From: Acidimicrobiales bacterium
Lineage (GTDB): Bacteria; Actinomycetota; Actinomycetes; Mycobacteriales; QHCE01
Length of the DNA stretch: 64,000 nucleotides
Direction: 5' to 3'
NCBI GenBank assembly: GCA_003243955.1
Contig: QHCE01000024.1
Coordinates: forward strand, 188-64,187
Made by a program: the position numbers and the translations under genes. Shown piece by piece: positions 1-10,100 of this stretch; within the stretch, counting starts at the first letter, position 1; each line of letters opens with the position of its first letter. Below the pieces are notes generated by a model. The model had not been told where the DNA came from. It worked only from the letters and a program-made list of their open reading frames with translations, and searched no databases.

Positions 1-498
1 TGAGTTATCCACAACCAGTGCTTGTGGCGAAGAATCCGATACCGGCGAACGCACTACGCTTACCGCGTCCCGCCCGATGCCATCCCCCTTACCGAAAGCC
101 GACCCGAACGGCACTTTCACCTTGGTATGACACTCCACCGTCAAAGTCTCGCCATCAGAACTCGCAGCCATCTGCAACTCTCGATCGTCGGCATAGAACC
201 GAGTCCGATGCTCCTCCACGGCCGACGCCACAGCTTCGGGCGAGAGCGGCAAAAACTTCTCCGAAGATCCTTTGTTAGTTAACACTTTATTCGAATCGGC
301 TTCTGCCGCTGCCCACGTTGCCGCACTGTCACATATCGATTGAATATTGCGTTGCGCTAAAAAAGCGGCGGTAGCTGTCGTCATCCCCATGATCATCAAA
401 ACCACGATTAGCACACACACCACGATCATGGGAAGCATGCTTCCCGCATCACCCCGTGGCAGGTGGCGGCGCAACGCACCCTTCAGCTTTCTAAGCAC
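1..498 (-). CDS. TadE/TadG-like pilus assembly protein (Rv3654c type); 3' end runs off the window
   Basis: Absent from the ORF track because it has no stop inside the window. The minus-strand GTG at 498-496 overlaps the upstream TAG (GTGCTTAG). It reads VLRKLKGALRRHLPRGDAGSMLPMIVVCVLIVVLMIMGMTTATAAFLAQRNIQSICDSAATWAAAEAD and stays open to position 1. GDxGS followed by a hydrophobic helix is typical of actinobacterial TadE-like proteins. Confidence 0.6.
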   Translation of the reverse strand, partial: MLRKLKGALRRHLPRGDAGSMLPMIVVCVLIVVLMIMGMTTATAAFLAQRNIQSICDSAATWAAAEADSNKVLTNKGSSEKFLPLSPEAVASAVEEHRTRFYADDRELQMAASSDGETLTVECHTKVKVPFGSAFGKGDGIGRDAVSVVRSPVSDSSPQALVVDNS

Positions 499-1015
499 CG
501 GATAATCGTCTCTTCGAGTTTCGCAACTTATCCACCTGCACCTCATACTGTGCGGTAATTGTTTTGGACGCTCCTTCGAAAAATGACGGCACTCCTGGGA
601 TGTCGAAGTCGAGCACCACGCACACCGTGAATCTCCCGCCGGCGTCCAGCGTGGCCGCTCCAGGATCAGGTGCAGCCGGCCCATTGGTCGAACACGAATC
701 ACCTGACTTCACGAATCGCAAGACTGCATCGGCTTTCACGCCTTGATCCTGCAGCGCGAGCCGCACTGCGTACTGTGCACGCTGCACACCTGTTGCCAAA
801 TCCGGCGCCTTAACAACAGCCCGGCCCGCCTCCCGTGCGGCCTGCGTTGTCCCTAACATGCTGCTCTGCACACTAAAAATCGCGATAGCAACATAGAACA
901 ACGGCACCAGAATCAAAATGCCAAGGAAGACAAACTCAATCGTCGCGGCACCACGATCGCCGCTGCCGAGCAACTGAAAATCTCGACGCCGGGCCTGTCG
1001 AAGCAGGCGCTTCAC
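491..1015 (-). CDS. TadE/TadF-like pilus assembly protein
   Basis: N-terminus GDRGAATIEFVFLGILILVPLFYVAIAIF matches the TadE N-terminal motif. It has 4-nt-type overlaps with both neighbours in the tad operon. Confidence 0.7.
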   Translation of the reverse strand: MKRLLRQARRRDFQLLGSGDRGAATIEFVFLGILILVPLFYVAIAIFSVQSSMLGTTQAAREAGRAVVKAPDLATGVQRAQYAVRLALQDQGVKADAVLRFVKSGDSCSTNGPAAPDPGAATLDAGGRFTVCVVLDFDIPGVPSFFEGASKTITAQYEVQVDKLRNSKRRLSGA

Positions 1016-1446
1016 GAGCTCTCCTTGATCGCGCGGCCACGCACGTCAATCGGCAACACGCCGGAGCCCGGTAGAAACAGTGCTGGAACCTTTCCCGAAC
1101 ATTGCACCTCAATCAAAGTCTCGCTACCTGCCCCCGGTTGTTCCCGACCTACACAACCCACCCGATCCGCCACCGCCCGGCTCGCACCGCGAGCAATCAA
1201 GTCAGTAGCAACCCGCGCGCCATCATCTGGACTGGAATCAGCGCTCGCCGCATATCGTGCGCCCTCAGCAGCCGAAGCCGTCACAACATTGCGCACATAC
1301 AGGTAGAGAACAGCTTGCACGATCAGCAAAGTCAGAAACAGCAACACGATGCTCACCATCAAAAACTCGGGTACCGCCGCACCTGTGTCACCGCGCGCAG
1401 CCCTACGTCTGCGACGCAAGAAGCCGTCCAGCCCAAGCTCGACCAC
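1012..1446 (-). CDS. TadE-like pilus assembly protein
   Basis: GDTGAAVPEFLMVSIVLLFLTLLIVQAVLYLY is a TadE motif, and the gene lies in operon context. Confidence 0.7.
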   Translation of the reverse strand: MVELGLDGFLRRRRRAARGDTGAAVPEFLMVSIVLLFLTLLIVQAVLYLYVRNVVTASAAEGARYAASADSSPDDGARVATDLIARGASRAVADRVGCVGREQPGAGSETLIEVQCSGKVPALFLPGSGVLPIDVRGRAIKESS

Positions 1447-1451
1447 CGTCG

Positions 1452-1667
1452 CTACCCGCCAGAACCCGAGACCACATTGTCGATCGCTTGAGTTACCGCA
1501 TTCACGATCTTGCCCTTGAACGCGGCGAAGATCGCCACCACCAGCCCGGCCGACATCACCGTCACCAACACCCAGCCCGGCACATCACCACGCTGCACGT
1601 CACCCAGAGCGAACCGGTTAACCCAGAACGGGAGTCGGCTCCATCGCTGCCGTATGCGCTTGATCAT
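1452..1667 (-). CDS. DUF4244-type Flp-like pilin
   Basis: 71 aa with GDVPGWVLVTVMSAGLVVAIFAAF, a single hydrophobic helix. It sits between tadC and tadE, as in actinobacterial Tad loci. Confidence 0.6.
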   Translation of the reverse strand: MIKRIRQRWSRLPFWVNRFALGDVQRGDVPGWVLVTVMSAGLVVAIFAAFKGKIVNAVTQAIDNVVSGSGG

Positions 1668-1838
1668 TCGTCTCTCCCATACTTGGGCTATACCGCAGAC
1701 CGCAATCTGCGGCGCATGCCTACCATCGGGCCAGCGTAATGCAATAGCCGCCTCGAAAACACTCCGTGCGCAATCTGTGGATAACGTCGACGCCAGAACC
1801 GGCGGTTTCCCTTAGACGTTTTCCCTGAAAACGGGGCG

Positions 1839-2792
1839 CTAGCCCGTGAGCAGCGTAATGTTGACCAGCCCCGGATACAGCGCAAATAGCACAGTGATCG
1901 GTAGCAGCAAAAACACCACCGGAAACATCATCGCAATCTCGCGCTGACCCCCGGAGGCCAGCAACGCCCGCTTGCCGGCCTCCCGCACATCAACTGCCTG
2001 CGCCCGCAGCACTTCGGCCAACGGAGTGCCGCGTTCCAGCGCGATCACCATGCCGTCGATGAACCGAGCGAGGACGTCCAAACTGGTACGGTTGGCAACC
2101 CCCTGCAGCGAAGAGATCAACGAAGCGCCCGACCGTGCCTCCGATAACGCCCGATGCAGCTCTATCGAAAGCTCTCCGCGGCACAACCGACACACCCGCT
2201 GCAGCGCGGAAACCGGCGACTCTCCAGCTGCCACCGACAACGCCAGCAACTCGGCGACCACCGGAAGCTCCTGCACCATGGAGCGTTCTCGGCGCCGCAC
2301 CGAGACCGTGAGCCACCAGTCCCGCCCCAGCACTCCACTCACCATACCGACGCCAATAAGTGCCACCGCGGCCAACAGATTGATCGAAACTGTCGCCACC
2401 GATATCAGCACTGCGGTCAGTAACCCACCCAGCCCGCCAAGCACACCCCACATGACCTGCTCGACACGAAAATCCTCAACGCGCTGCTCAGAGCCGAGCG
2501 CCGCGAGCCGAGTCCGCACCGACCGCGCACCGCCCAACAACCGCTCGAGGAAACCCCCAGCCCTGGTCAGCAGCGGCAACGCCAGGCGCCCTGCCGGCCC
2601 CCACTGATTCACCAGCTGGGCCGCCATACCGGTATCGACCGCAGTCCTCGGCGCCGCGGGACCCGCGGCTGGTCGAAGATACGGCTCGAGCCGATCCCCC
2701 AACCGAAGCCTGGCCGAACCCGGCGGGTTGATCGCCGCAAGCCAGCCTCCAGCCAGCATTAACGCGCCCAGTATCACCGCCAACAGGGTCAC
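1839..2792 (-). CDS. tadC: TadC-like type II secretion system F-family membrane protein
   Basis: Multi-TM T2SS-F-like sequence. The track ORF extends to 2954, but the GTG at 2792 overlaps the tadB stop as GTGA, so the shorter start is preferred. Confidence 0.75.
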   Translation of the reverse strand: MTLLAVILGALMLAGGWLAAINPPGSARLRLGDRLEPYLRPAAGPAAPRTAVDTGMAAQLVNQWGPAGRLALPLLTRAGGFLERLLGGARSVRTRLAALGSEQRVEDFRVEQVMWGVLGGLGGLLTAVLISVATVSINLLAAVALIGVGMVSGVLGRDWWLTVSVRRRERSMVQELPVVAELLALSVAAGESPVSALQRVCRLCRGELSIELHRALSEARSGASLISSLQGVANRTSLDVLARFIDGMVIALERGTPLAEVLRAQAVDVREAGKRALLASGGQREIAMMFPVVFLLLPITVLFALYPGLVNITLLTG

Positions 2793-3658
2793 GACAATAC
2801 CCGCCGTTCTTGAGGTAGCTGACCAATGCGCAGCATCAGCCGATAGGCAAGAAAACTCAGGCCCGCGCCAACCACAAGGAGGAACCTGCCTGAGGTTGAA
2901 TCGTAAGCCTCCAACGTTGTGGCCTGAGTCGAAAGCAGCAACAGCACGACCCACGGCGAGGCCACCGCCAACCGGGCCGCGTTCACCGTCCAGCCCTGCC
3001 TGGTCTCTAGCTCAGCTCGAGTGCGTGAATCCTCGCGTAGGAAGGCCGACAACGTGCGCAATAACCGTCCTAAATCCGTACCACCCACCTCGCGGGCCAA
3101 CCGAAGTGATTCACATACTCGGTCACCGATCGGGTCGCTCAGCTCATCCTTGAGGCCATCCAAGCTTTCAGCGAAACGCCCCGTAACCCGATAGTCGGCG
3201 GCGAACGTGCTGAAAGCGGGCCGCAGCGGCTCTGGGCCGCGGGTAGCCAACGCCGCCACGGCCTCGGGCAGCGACAACCCTGCCCGCACCCCAGACGCAA
3301 GGTTGTCAACCACCTCCGGCCAGATATCTCGCAGCTCCCGCAGCCGACGGTTCCGCATCCCTCGCACGGCCGCGGTCGGTGCTAGAAAACCAAAAATTCC
3401 GAAGCACACCGCCACCGAAATGCTGCGAGTCAGCACCACAACCAAGAATGTTGCCACCAACGCGGCACCTACCTGCACCCCCAGTAGCTGCCACGCCGAA
3501 ACACCACGCACTTCAGCTTGGCGCAGCAGCTGCCCGCGACGCCGCACCCACCGTGTCATTAAGGACACGGCCTCCGGCGGTTTCATCCGTGTTCCCGTAT
3601 AGCCAAGCCACATCAACAGCCCACCGAGGCCCACGAGTAAACCCAAAAACAGCCCCAC
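2789..3658 (-). CDS. tadB: TadB-like type II secretion system F-family membrane protein
   Basis: 289-aa membrane protein immediately downstream of the CpaF-type ATPase, with T2SS-F-like helices. Confidence 0.75.
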   Translation of the reverse strand: MGLFLGLLVGLGGLLMWLGYTGTRMKPPEAVSLMTRWVRRRGQLLRQAEVRGVSAWQLLGVQVGAALVATFLVVVLTRSISVAVCFGIFGFLAPTAAVRGMRNRRLRELRDIWPEVVDNLASGVRAGLSLPEAVAALATRGPEPLRPAFSTFAADYRVTGRFAESLDGLKDELSDPIGDRVCESLRLAREVGGTDLGRLLRTLSAFLREDSRTRAELETRQGWTVNAARLAVASPWVVLLLLSTQATTLEAYDSTSGRFLLVVGAGLSFLAYRLMLRIGQLPQERRVLS

Positions 3659-3660
3659 GA

Positions 3661-5199
3661 TTAATCACCTGCTCCTGGCGCCGACATAGCCGCCCTGGCT
3701 TGGCTTATGACAGCTGGAGACCCGCTCGAACCGTGAGTACGGTTCGAGCGGCTGCGATCTGGGACAGCACCTTGGGCAAGCAACGCGGCAAGGTCATAGC
3801 CGGCATAGCCGAATCGCTGTGGATGCGGCGGAAATCCCCCCGCCCGCACGAGTGCACCACGGGATGTGGTGAAGATGTCGGCAGTTTCGATGATTTGACC
3901 CTCGACTCGGCCCGGTAACGCAACAATCTCCGTCACCCTGCGACGCCCGGATGCCTCTAACGCCACATGCACGATCAGGTCGACGCTCGTCGCCACAGTC
4001 GGCACCACAAAGCTCGCTGAAATATTTTCTCCAGCCAGCAACGGCAGGGTGCACAGCTTGGTCACGGCCTCACGCGCGGAATTGGCATGCAGCGAACACA
4101 TGCCGGGTAGGCCGCTGTTGAGCGCAATCAGCATGTCCAACGCCTCAGCCTGCCGAACCTCGCCGACCAGGATCCGAGACGGACGCATCCGCAACGCCTC
4201 GACCACCAATCGGCGGAGCGGGATCTCCCCGGCGCCTTCCAGATTCGGCTGACGCGTCTGCATGGCAACCCAGTCGGGCAAGCCAAGCTGCAGCTCGAAC
4301 ACCTCTTCGCAGCTCACGACGCGCTGGGTGGCCGGAATCGCCGAGGCAAGGCAGCTCAGCATTGTGGTTTTCCCGGCCTGGGTACCGCCGGCCACGATGA
4401 TATTGAGTCCGGCCGCCACGGCAGCTTCCAGGAACCGGGCCGCCGCTGGAGTCAAGGTTCTTAAGGCAACCAGCTGGTCCAAGGTGTGTGCCCGAAGCAC
4501 AAATTTGCGGATGTTCACTGCCCAGTGCTCGCGGGTGATGTCAGGAATTACCACATGCAGACGGGAACCATCCGGAAGCGTCGCGTCCACAAACGGAGTA
4601 GAAAGATCTACCCGGCGTCCGCTGTATTTGAGCATCCGCTCCACCAGGTCCTTGATGTGATCGGTGGACAGCATGGTGGTCGTGAGTTCACTACGACCGG
4701 CTCGAGCCACGAACACTTGGCCAGGCCCGTTCACCCAGATCTCCTCGACAGCCGGGTCGTCGAGGAATCTTTGCAACGGCCCCAATCCGGCAACCGCGTC
4801 GAAAACCGTGCGGGCGGTAGCCTGTGGGTTCGCTATGACGGGTTGTGTGCCACCGAATGCCTGCTCGGCATGTTCAGCAAGTACGTCGGCAATGATGTGG
4901 TGCACCACGCTGGTTTGGGAAAATGGGTCCACTCCGCGGCGTCGGATCTGCTCGCGAACCGCGGACTCGATGAGCTCCACCACACCAGCTGGGGCAGTCG
5001 CTACCAGCGGACTCGACGGTCCACTTGGTGCGGAAGAAGGTGCGGGTACGGGTACGGTTGCCGCCTGGCGAACAGGCGGCTGGGCGCTCTGGCTTACTGC
5101 GCGCCCAGGCTGCACAGGCTCCAGCTGCGGCGCGCTCGGACGCGTGGGAGCCCATGCGCCTGGAGATGCGCCCGCTGCGGTAGGCAAGGAATCAGTCAT
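3661..5199 (-). CDS. tadA: CpaF/TadA secretion ATPase
   Basis: Walker A GGTQAGKTTML. Also has the ILVGEVR and HANSA motifs of the VirB11/CpaF family, and a long Pro/Ala-rich N-terminus. Confidence 0.9.
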   Translation of the reverse strand: MTDSLPTAAGASPGAWAPTRPSAPQLEPVQPGRAVSQSAQPPVRQAATVPVPAPSSAPSGPSSPLVATAPAGVVELIESAVREQIRRRGVDPFSQTSVVHHIIADVLAEHAEQAFGGTQPVIANPQATARTVFDAVAGLGPLQRFLDDPAVEEIWVNGPGQVFVARAGRSELTTTMLSTDHIKDLVERMLKYSGRRVDLSTPFVDATLPDGSRLHVVIPDITREHWAVNIRKFVLRAHTLDQLVALRTLTPAAARFLEAAVAAGLNIIVAGGTQAGKTTMLSCLASAIPATQRVVSCEEVFELQLGLPDWVAMQTRQPNLEGAGEIPLRRLVVEALRMRPSRILVGEVRQAEALDMLIALNSGLPGMCSLHANSAREAVTKLCTLPLLAGENISASFVVPTVATSVDLIVHVALEASGRRRVTEIVALPGRVEGQIIETADIFTTSRGALVRAGGFPPHPQRFGYAGYDLAALLAQGAVPDRSRSNRTHGSSGSPAVISQARAAMSAPGAGD

Positions 5200-5524
5200 C
5201 GAGGAGTCACCCTAGCGAAACTAGGCGCCCTAAGGGATAAATCTTCGGTGATCCTGTGGAAAAGGATGAGGAGCTCTAGGCATTCCACTACGTTGGCATC
5301 GAGTTGTCGCACGTTTATTTCGGAGGAAGCCGCTGCGCCTCCTCGCTCAAACTGTCAGAATGAACAACTGTGGCACAGGCAGATGATGACACGCCGATCG
5401 AAATCCGTTGTGAGAGCTTCCTTGTCGGCTTAGGCCCATTCAGGCCTCCGCAGGAAACAGTGGAGCTGTCTCGCAAAATTGACAAAATCATAGCCGAATA
5501 TAGGGCCTCGTCGACAAGGTCAGA

Positions 5525-7120
5525 ATGCTATGCAACGCCGCCAAAGTCGACCATCAACTTGGCGCTGAAGGAGCCACGGAGACTGAGCTTGATTTCCTGC
5601 GCCGGGAATTCACCGCGATTCCGAGCCAACTGGATAGGCTCGTGGGAGAGCTGAGCGAAAATTCAGGCAAAGTTCATGCGGCAGAGCAGGGGCTGCTTGA
5701 CGCACTTCGCAAACTGACCCGTGTAGATGCATCAACCATTAATGCCATAACCGATTCCCAGCTTAGAGGCCTGCAACAGCTGGAACAAGAACTCCTGAGA
5801 CGGGCTCAAGGGCTTCACGGCGATCTAGCGGGCTTGGATTCCGCCGTCAAGGCGAATCAGGACCAGCTCACCGCCTCGCTGCGGTCGCTCCGTACACTGC
5901 CAGAGCGGCTGAGTATGGGCTTTGACCCAGATCACGGGCCGCCGTGGCTTCGGGTGTTGCTCACTGATGGTACCGGCAAACAGCACGCGACCGTGGTTCC
6001 ACATATTCTTGGGCTCTTCGATGACCGAGACCCTGAGACTCCCACTATGGGGCGCGCTGCTTCGCTGCAGCCCTTTAGTCAGCCCACAGAGAAGAAGAGA
6101 TTCCGCCTACGAAGCGCGAAGCGTGCGGGGAAGCAAGCTGCACAGCACGATGATGTCCGGCGAATGGCGGCAGAGCACGCTGAGCTGGCGGAGCAGCACG
6201 GCCGGGGAAACTATCAAACTGCCTTCACCCGTGCCGCTAACGGTTCGACGCCAACCAGCCCAGTCGGAAACCGAATTATCCTCGCCAGCCTGACTGGAAT
6301 ACCAGTGCCGGGCCGTCCCGGTAGAAGCGCAACCGGCGCGCTGCTACTCGTCCGGCCGCAAACACCCGGAGAAATAGCAGCGTACTTATTCGTTGATGGC
6401 GATACGGGTTTTCTCGACCTTTCAACGACAAGAGTAGCCGAGGACATTTTCGCCGCACTTGATTCAGTTCCCCCGCTTGATCCAATCCCGCGTGACGCGG
6501 ATCGCGGAACCCTACAACCTAGTTGCACCAAATACTCCGACGTTGGCAAAGCCATCATCTCGGCAAAGCTGACTGAAGGCCTTGCTTCCGGTCTAATCCA
6601 GAACCGTCCCACGATCAAAGCCAAGCGACCTAGCGGGCTCGGACTAACGTGGCCCCACAGGTGGCGAAAAACAGCAGATGAAGCAGTCGTCGAAGGTGTT
6701 CCAGCAATGCTCGACGCGTACCGGGGATACCCGGGCGGTGCATACGTAGCTGCCTATCAAGCTGTTAACACCCCGGTGGGTTCGCTGCCGTCGTGGCCAG
6801 GTACCGATACCGCGCATGATCCGCTCTTGACCCCGAAGGATCTGGCTACAGCCATGCTGTCCCGCATCCGACGCGCACGACCCGGCGTAGCCGAACGAGT
6901 CTTGGAACACGCGGCCATTCCGGGGTCCGATAGAAGCCGTGAGATGACAGTTCTTGCGGGCACCGGCAAAAGGCAGCAACCCGGAACACTTCAACCAGCT
7001 CCTCCTCGCGCCCCGGGGACACAAGCTTCGCCTGTGGATAACCAACGCACCGCAATGACTACTCAGCCAAACTCGTCGCGTGGGCGTTCGGCTAAAACTC
7101 CGCGTAGACAGCGCGGCTGA
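5525..7120 (+). CDS. Hypothetical 531-aa protein: helical/coiled-coil N-terminus, basic disordered C-terminus
   Basis: Longest ORF in this stretch, with AAGG 5 nt upstream of the ATG and an in-frame TAG at 5501. The stop overlaps the start of the FtsK-like gene by 41 nt. I recognise no family. Confidence 0.5.
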   Translation: MLCNAAKVDHQLGAEGATETELDFLRREFTAIPSQLDRLVGELSENSGKVHAAEQGLLDALRKLTRVDASTINAITDSQLRGLQQLEQELLRRAQGLHGDLAGLDSAVKANQDQLTASLRSLRTLPERLSMGFDPDHGPPWLRVLLTDGTGKQHATVVPHILGLFDDRDPETPTMGRAASLQPFSQPTEKKRFRLRSAKRAGKQAAQHDDVRRMAAEHAELAEQHGRGNYQTAFTRAANGSTPTSPVGNRIILASLTGIPVPGRPGRSATGALLLVRPQTPGEIAAYLFVDGDTGFLDLSTTRVAEDIFAALDSVPPLDPIPRDADRGTLQPSCTKYSDVGKAIISAKLTEGLASGLIQNRPTIKAKRPSGLGLTWPHRWRKTADEAVVEGVPAMLDAYRGYPGGAYVAAYQAVNTPVGSLPSWPGTDTAHDPLLTPKDLATAMLSRIRRARPGVAERVLEHAAIPGSDRSREMTVLAGTGKRQQPGTLQPAPPRAPGTQASPVDNQRTAMTTQPNSSRGRSAKTPRRQRG

Positions 7121-10100
7121 CGCTCGTCTGCTTAATGTCATCGCCGCACCCCAGACGCCGCTACGGGTAGTGGCGGCGCGGTTGCTGGAGACCGTGGGAG
7201 TCTCGGCCGCGACGCCACTGTTCACCGCGGCCGGCCCGCTGGATCTTCGCGTCACTCTGGGTGAGAGCTCGCTTCGCGATGGAACGGTACTCAGCGTGGG
7301 TACACCGCTTCCGTCTGCTTCTCCAGCATTCGGTCCGCGGCTGGCCGTGATCAGCGGTCCAGACTCCGGCAGTTTCGTGCCACTGCGGCCGGGAGTCACC
7401 GCAATCGGCCGTGACCCTGGCTGTCAGCTGCACCTGCATGATCCTGAAGTTTCTCGCCGGCACGCGGTGGTCACCCTCGATGCCGAAGGCGTCTGGCTCA
7501 CCGACACTGGCTCGGCTAACGGCACCTTCCTCGGGGGAGGAGAACTCAACGGAACCAGGCTCGGCGAGCAGCCGATACCACTACCACCGCACACGCTAGT
7601 GCGCTGCGGAGGCAGTGTGCTTTGGCTAACCACAACCGGGCACGGCCCGGAGTTCGCGGCACAGTCATCACCGCGGTTGACGCCACTGCCCACCCATCCC
7701 ACGCTCGAAGGCGCGCTGGAACTGTTACGGCCCCCGCGGATCGTTGCGCCTACAGTGCCGCCAACGATCACCTATCCTCACGCTCCCCAGCAGCTGGCGG
7801 CACCATCGACCCCCTGGCTCGGCGTGATCCTTTCTGTCTGTTTACCGCTTGCTTTGAGCGGAGTGCTGTGGTGGTTTATGCGCGACTCCATGGGTGTGGC
7901 CGGCGTCAGCATGCTCGGGTTCATGGCTCTAACTCCCGTTCTGATGCTCACGCAGGTCCTCACCGATCGATGGGGGAGACGCCGCGCCGCGCGAACGGCG
8001 AACACCGCCCATCAAACCGCACTCGTCGCCACAGATCAGCGGCTAGTTGCCGCGCTACAGGAGGAGGCTCTCCGGCGCTACGCGCAAACACCGGACGCGC
8101 CCACAGTTGCCGACATCGCCCAGACCCCAGCGCTGCGGCTTTGGGAGCGGCGCCCCAGCGATCCAGATTGGCTGCGGCTCCGCATCGGCTTGGCCACACT
8201 CCCGGCTGAGTTAGTAGTACATCGTGGCGGCACCACGACAAGCACACTGGTACCACCCGAACGTCCACCGTTGCCGCTGGCCCCGGCCACCATAGAGCTG
8301 GGCACGGCTGGCGTACTGGGTATCGCAGGCAGTGGTAGCCAACAACTCTGCCAATGGCTCCTAGCCCAGCTAGCCACGCTGCACTCACCCAGCGAACTGC
8401 GGCTGGCGCTACTCACCGATGCCGACCGCGACACTTGGCAATCAGCCAGCTGGCTGCCGCACATCCACGGCGACCACGCACCGGGCGGTAACGGCATTGC
8501 CACCAATCCGGCGAGTCAGCAGGCGCTGGTGTCTTGTCTGGCAACGCTAATCCAACGTCGGGTGGCCAACTGCCACAATCCAACACAGCTCTTGGATCAG
8601 CCCAATGAGCCTGCTGTGGTGCTGCTTTGCGACTCCACACACAGCCTCGCTAGTCTGCCCGGTGGACGCAGCGTGCTCGATGATGGACCTAAGCAGCGGG
8701 TATACACGATCTATCGCAGCACCGACGCCCGCGCTCTGCCCGGACAATGTCGAGCCACCATCACGCTGCCTTCCGGGCTACAGCTGGCGGCCGGCGGCGC
8801 GCTTCGCGCCACCCTGGCCGTCACGAATGCGCCGCAGGTTACCGGAATCCTCCCCGAACTCGTCTCGACCGCTTGGAGTGATCAAATCAGCAGAGCACTA
8901 GCCCCGCTACGCGAGCGCGTCGGCGCCGACCAAACCCGCACGCTACCAACTAGCGCGAGCTTTTCTGATCTACTCAGCGCGGCTTTTGACTACCCCTGGG
9001 AGCAGGACCGCAAGCATGACGATCCGAGCCGCTGGCCGCAGGTGCGGCTCGCGGAGCAGATCTCGGCGCGCTGGCGGCAACAGCCAACGTGCACTGAAGC
9101 CGCCATCGGCTTCGATAGCCGTGGCCCGGTCAGTATCGACCTCGCCGCCGACGGACCACACGCGCTCATCGCCGGAACCACCGGCGCCGGCAAATCAGAG
9201 CTGCTACGAACCTGGATAGCTAGCCTCGCGCTACACAACCGGCCCGATGAGCTGAACTTGCTGCTCATCGATTATAAGGGCGGTGCGGCATTTGCCGAAT
9301 GTGCCGAGCTCCCCCACGTCGTCGGTCTAGTCACCGACCTTGACCCCGCCCTGACGTCGCGTGTGTTGAGCTCGCTGCGCGCCGAGCTGCAGCGTCGCGA
9401 ACGTCAACTGGCCGCCATCGGTGCCGGCGATTTCAACGAACTCGGCGAACTCAACGAACACCGCGAACTCGGCGCTACCGCGCCCGATGGTGGGCTGGCC
9501 AGGTTGATCGTCGTTATCGATGAGTTCGCCACGCTCACTACCGAGCTGCCAGAGTTGGTGACCGGTCTGGTGGACTTGGCTCGACGCGGCCGCTCGCTCG
9601 GTGTGCACCTCGTGCTTGCCACACAACGACCGGCCGGCGTTGTCTCCGCCGAGATCCGGGCAAATACGGCACTGCGCATCTGTCTACGGGTCACCGACGC
9701 CCAAGACAGCACCGACGTGATCGATACGACCGATGCCGCTCGTATTGACACAGGGGTGGCCGGGCGGGCCATCATGCGGCGGCAAGGTCAGCTCGTTCCG
9801 GTGCAGGTGGCGCACATCAGTCATCCGTGGCTTCCCCCACGGGCGGAGTCACGCAACGCTGCGTTCGTCGATATCCGGGCCATCTCATGGCACGGCCTCC
9901 CGCTCCTGGCAGCTTCCTCGATTGGCGGAGCCAGCACGCACTCCGACACTGGCTCCCGGCGAGCTGTTAGCGCGCTGCACTACCTGGTGCAGACCATCCG
10001 GCTCGCCGCGAGCCGTACGCGGCTGCGACAGCCAGCACCGCCGTGGCTACCACCGTTGGCTGAACGGCTGGCTCTGGCCGAGGTAAAAAGCATGAAAAGC

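Noticed and set aside
5370-5654. 94-aa ORF upstream of the FtsK-like pair, considered as a WXG100-size type VII substrate.
   Set aside because: It has no WXG motif or helical-hairpin character, contains Cys- and Pro-rich stretches, and overlaps the better-supported 531-aa ORF.
6644-7399. 251-aa minus-strand ORF spanning the junction of the 531-aa ORF and the FtsK-like gene.
   Set aside because: It is antisense to two co-oriented ORFs, one of which has clear FHA motifs in this stretch. Its composition is Arg/Ser/Gly-rich and shadow-like.
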